A stretch of 64,000 bases of DNA from contig CM059432.1 of NCBI GenBank assembly GCA_030390025.1, positions 143,842,001 through 143,906,000 on the forward strand. The letters are read 5' to 3'. The notes beneath the pieces are model-generated. The model did not search any database. It worked only from the letters and a program-made list of their open reading frames with translations, and had not been told where the DNA came from. Positions 60,649-64,000 of the stretch are shown in pieces; within the stretch, counting starts at the first letter, position 1; the number at the start of each line of letters is the position of its first letter. This DNA comes from Squalus acanthias. Taxonomy: Eukaryota. Made by a program: the position numbers and the translations under genes.

Positions 60649-61073
60649 CAGGAAACTTTCGTTTATCCGGCATCGACGGGACCGGCGTGGTGCCGGTTTA
60701 TCGAAAGTACCGGATAACAGAGAGTTATATCTACTGAGGCTATTTTTAACAAAGAGACTCCAAGCAGCACGGGAGAATCTACTCATGCTACTGCAATGTT
60801 TCGGACTTGCGACAGCGCCAGGAGGCCGAATAGTGGCACTTTTGAAAAGTACCCTTACTGACTAAATCGGCTTTCGCGGACTCTGACTCGGACTCGGGAT
60901 CGGCAACATTGCCGGTTATTTGAGAGGATTTTTCGGAGCACTCGGCGTTCGCGGAGACTCGACTGCGACTCGGCAACATTGCCGGTTATTTGAGAGGAGT
61001 TTTCGGAGGATGATTTTTGCCGGTTAAGCGAGAATTCCGGATATTTGGGTGCCGGATAAACGAAAGTTTCCTG
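60649..61073. mobile_element. 425-bp Tc1/mariner (pogo/Tigger-like) MITE
   Basis: Perfect 24-bp TIRs CAGGAAACTTTCGTTTATCCGGCA; TA on both sides; internal direct repeat. Confidence 0.9.
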
Positions 61074-62159
61074 TACCATGAAGACAAGTTCTGTTAATTA
61101 TTACTTCTGAAACTGCTACCTTTTAAACAAAAATTATATCTGGTAAAGCCCAGTCTGAAAGGCCCATTCCTCACTGTACAGTTTATGGCATTTGTTGTGC
61201 TGTTCATAGTATATTGTTAACTCAGCAGAGTAAAGATTAACTAGTCAGCCTGGCTTACTAATTGAACCTGAAGGGGTAAGACCTATCACTGGGATTTTTC
61301 TCGCTGTGTTTCTGATAAACCTGTAAGCCAATGCCCCAACAGATAAGGTGGTCCTCGCAGAACAAGGGTGGGAAGATTTCCAGTGCTCCGTACCGGTAAG
61401 CTGTCAGATTTTAGCTGGTTAAACTCCAGGAGTACCCTTGTCAACCTGTGCTTTGGGTCTTGGGTAAATAGGATATATCCCTGCAGAACAAACAGAAACC
61501 TGACAGGTGGGTTTAGATTTCTCAGTAGTTGGATTTGGAGATTTGAAAACGTGTTGATAGGGTTGTGCGTGTGTCAAGACAGCTGGCTGTCTAAAAAAGA
61601 ATTAAAATCTAAAATTAGTGTTCTGTGCAATGCCTTTATATTGCAGTGTACTAAATAATTGTTAGTTGTACTAACATACTTTACCCTGGAGTGCTGGTAC
61701 ATGGCTTTGTGCTTGCCATTACATCAGGTAAGTTCCTGATCTTGGCCAGATTGCCTGAAGGGGCCGAGGTCGTCACACTGCTCTGCTGATTGAGGGGAAA
61801 AATCTTGGCCTACAGTTGCATACCTTCTTGTAACTAGTTACAATGAGTATTAGCAGAAGTCTGTGACTGATATTGCTGCCACTTGAATTTCAGTAAAACA
61901 GAATTGTGGACATGTGAGAACTTTGTGAGTGACCCGACAGTACGCTAGTAGATTCTGCCCTTACTAACTTGGTTAGATGCATGAGAGGATTTTTTTCAGC
62001 TATGTGACAAAAATATGAAGTAATGGTAGTCTGTCGCTGCTGGTGGTGGAGCGATGTGAGGCGATTAAGTATAGTTTATGACAGTTGCCTTAAAAGGGAT
62101 TCCTGCTCCTCCCCCACTATGCTAAATAGAACAAATGACGACACTTTTTATATAATATA

Positions 62160-63365
62160 AACAGAAAATGCTGGAAATACTCAGCAGGTTAGGAAGCACC
62201 TGTGGAGAGAGAAACTGAGTTAACGTTTCAGGTTGGTGACCTTCCATCAGAACTGGAAAATGTTCGAGATGTAATAGTTTCTAAGCAGATACAGTGCCAG
62301 GGAAAAGGGCGGGGGAGGGGAGCAAAGAAAAAAAGGGAAGGTCTGTGATGGGGTGGAAGACAGGAGTGATTAAATGATAAAAGGGATAATGGTGCAAGGC
62401 AAAAGAGGGTTGTAAAGAAAAAAAAGATGGGTCTAGATGACAACAGCAGAATCCTTGCCAGCACCTGCTGTCTGGAAAAAATGGGAGCAGTGGTTATAAT
62501 CTGAAATTGTTGAATTCAATCTTGAGGCTAGAAGGTTGTAAAGTGCCTAATCAAAAGATGAGGTGCTGTTCCTTGAGCTTCTGTTGAGCTTCATTGGAAC
62601 AGTGTAGGAGGCCGAGGACAGAGTGGAAGTGGGGCATAGAATTAAAGTGACAGGCGACCAGAAGCTCAGGGTCACGCTTGCAGACAGAACGGAGGTGTTC
62701 AGCAAAGCGGTCACCCAATCTGCATTTGGTCTCCCCAATGTAGAGAAGACCGCATCGTAAGCAGCAAATGCAGTATACTAAATTGCAAGAAGTACAAGTG
62801 AAACAGCGATTTATTTGGAAGGAGTGTTTGGGTCCCTGGATGGTAGGAAGGGAGGGGATAAAGGGCAGGTGTTGCATTTCCTGCGGTTACGTGGGAACGT
62901 GCTGTCCAACGGGGAGCAAGTGTTAGAGGTGATTGAAGAGTGGATCATGATGTCACAGAGGGAACGATCCCTTCGGGATGCTGAGAGGGGAGGGGAATAT
63001 ATGTTTGGTGGTGGGATGGTACTGGGCATGGCGGAAATACTGGAGGATGATCATTTTATGTGGAGGCTGGTGGGGTGGAAGGTGAGGACAAGGGGAACCC
63101 TATCGCACTTCTGGGCTGCAAAGAGGTGAGAGCAGAAGTGCGGGAAATAGGATGGACACGGTTGAGGGCCCTGTCAACCACTGTGGAGAGGAATCCTCGG
63201 TTGAGGAAAAAGGAAGACATATCGGAAGCACTGGTGTGACAGGTGGCATTGTCCGAGCAGATGCAACAGAGACGGAGAAACTGGGAGACTGGAAGTAGAG
63301 TCCTTACAGGAAGTGGGATGGGAGGAAGTGTAATCAAGGTAGTTGTGGGAGTCAGTGGGCTTGTA
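62160..63365 (-). mobile_element. Penelope-like element 3' part (RT C-terminus, GIY-YIG endonuclease, pLTR)
   Basis: PVSQFLRL..ICS; FTCTSCNLVYCICCLRCGLLYIGETKCRLGDRFAEH; degenerate hammerhead near 62225-62252. Confidence 0.85.
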
Positions 63366-64000
63366 TCTTTCACTATTCTTTGTTTTTTTCCCCCCTTGTC
63401 CCCTCGTTTTCTTTGTCCTGTGATATTCTTCGTGACAGTGACTTTAATAAATAGATTGTCAACATAACAGGTTTACTTGTGGTTAATGAGGAGCAGTATA
63501 ACAATTGGATTTATAGAAGGGCCCTAATGTGGGTGGTGGGGGGGAATTCCTTCACCCTCCCTTTCACATGTCTCCTTTTTCCTGAAAATCTCTTCTACCA
63601 ATTGGCAGAAATATTGGTCTAAATTTCTGCAGTGTAACCCTGAGGTGATAATTGACATTCAAATTGCAGTAACAGTCTTCATGATTGCTTAAATACATTT
63701 TTATTCTTATCATAAATTGACTTTCAGGACTGCACTTTATATTAAAAGTCTTCCCTTTTGATGTTCCCGTTCATTTTTTTTTTTACAGCTATGAATTTAT
63801 TTGACTCAAATTGACTTTTTTTGAAAATTATAATTGCCTTTCATATCAATGGGCCTGCTTTAATTTCTGCCCCTACCAATGTCACTTCATACCCACCCAT
63901 TAGGCGTCACTGAGAGTAGCCCAGGATGACTAGTTTTAATACTGCCCCTTCTTTCCCGAGGGGAAGTGGCTGGTCTCTTTGTGACATCAGCAGCAACTTG

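Noticed and set aside
48671..64000. Next HERPUD2 coding exon
   Set aside because: No acceptor-flanked sequence encoding the expected DQRLVYSG-like motif was found; it is probably beyond the window or missed.

Overview
Repeat-rich vertebrate genomic DNA, most likely from a cartilaginous fish (inferred from HE1/V-SINE-like and SacSINE1/DeuSINE-like SINEs and abundant CR1 LINEs). It spans the region between two divergent CpG-island promoters. The first coding exon of HERPUD2 lies at 47918-48064 (+), followed by a 500-N gap and intron. A short minus-strand first exon at 9965-10001 is probably SEPTIN7, judged from exon shape and vertebrate synteny. The rest is mostly transposons: CR1, L2 and RTE LINEs, Penelope-like elements (PLEs) with hammerhead motifs, SINEs, Harbinger remnants and MITEs. 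The main object is an apparently intact, very young CR1 LINE (~16952-23351, minus). It has (i) a 5' UTR of ~26.4 near-identical 73-bp monomers, each carrying a splice donor, a splice acceptor and a B-box-like hairpin. It has (ii) an ORF1/ORF2 junction with an in-phase U_UUA_AAC slippery heptamer, and ORF2 has no AUG before the end of its endonuclease domain, which points to -1 ribosomal frameshifting. The same heptamer recurs in a diverged CR1 at ~43965. A near-identical truncated sibling sits at the centre of a three-level CR1 nest. All calls were made by eye with no database searches.
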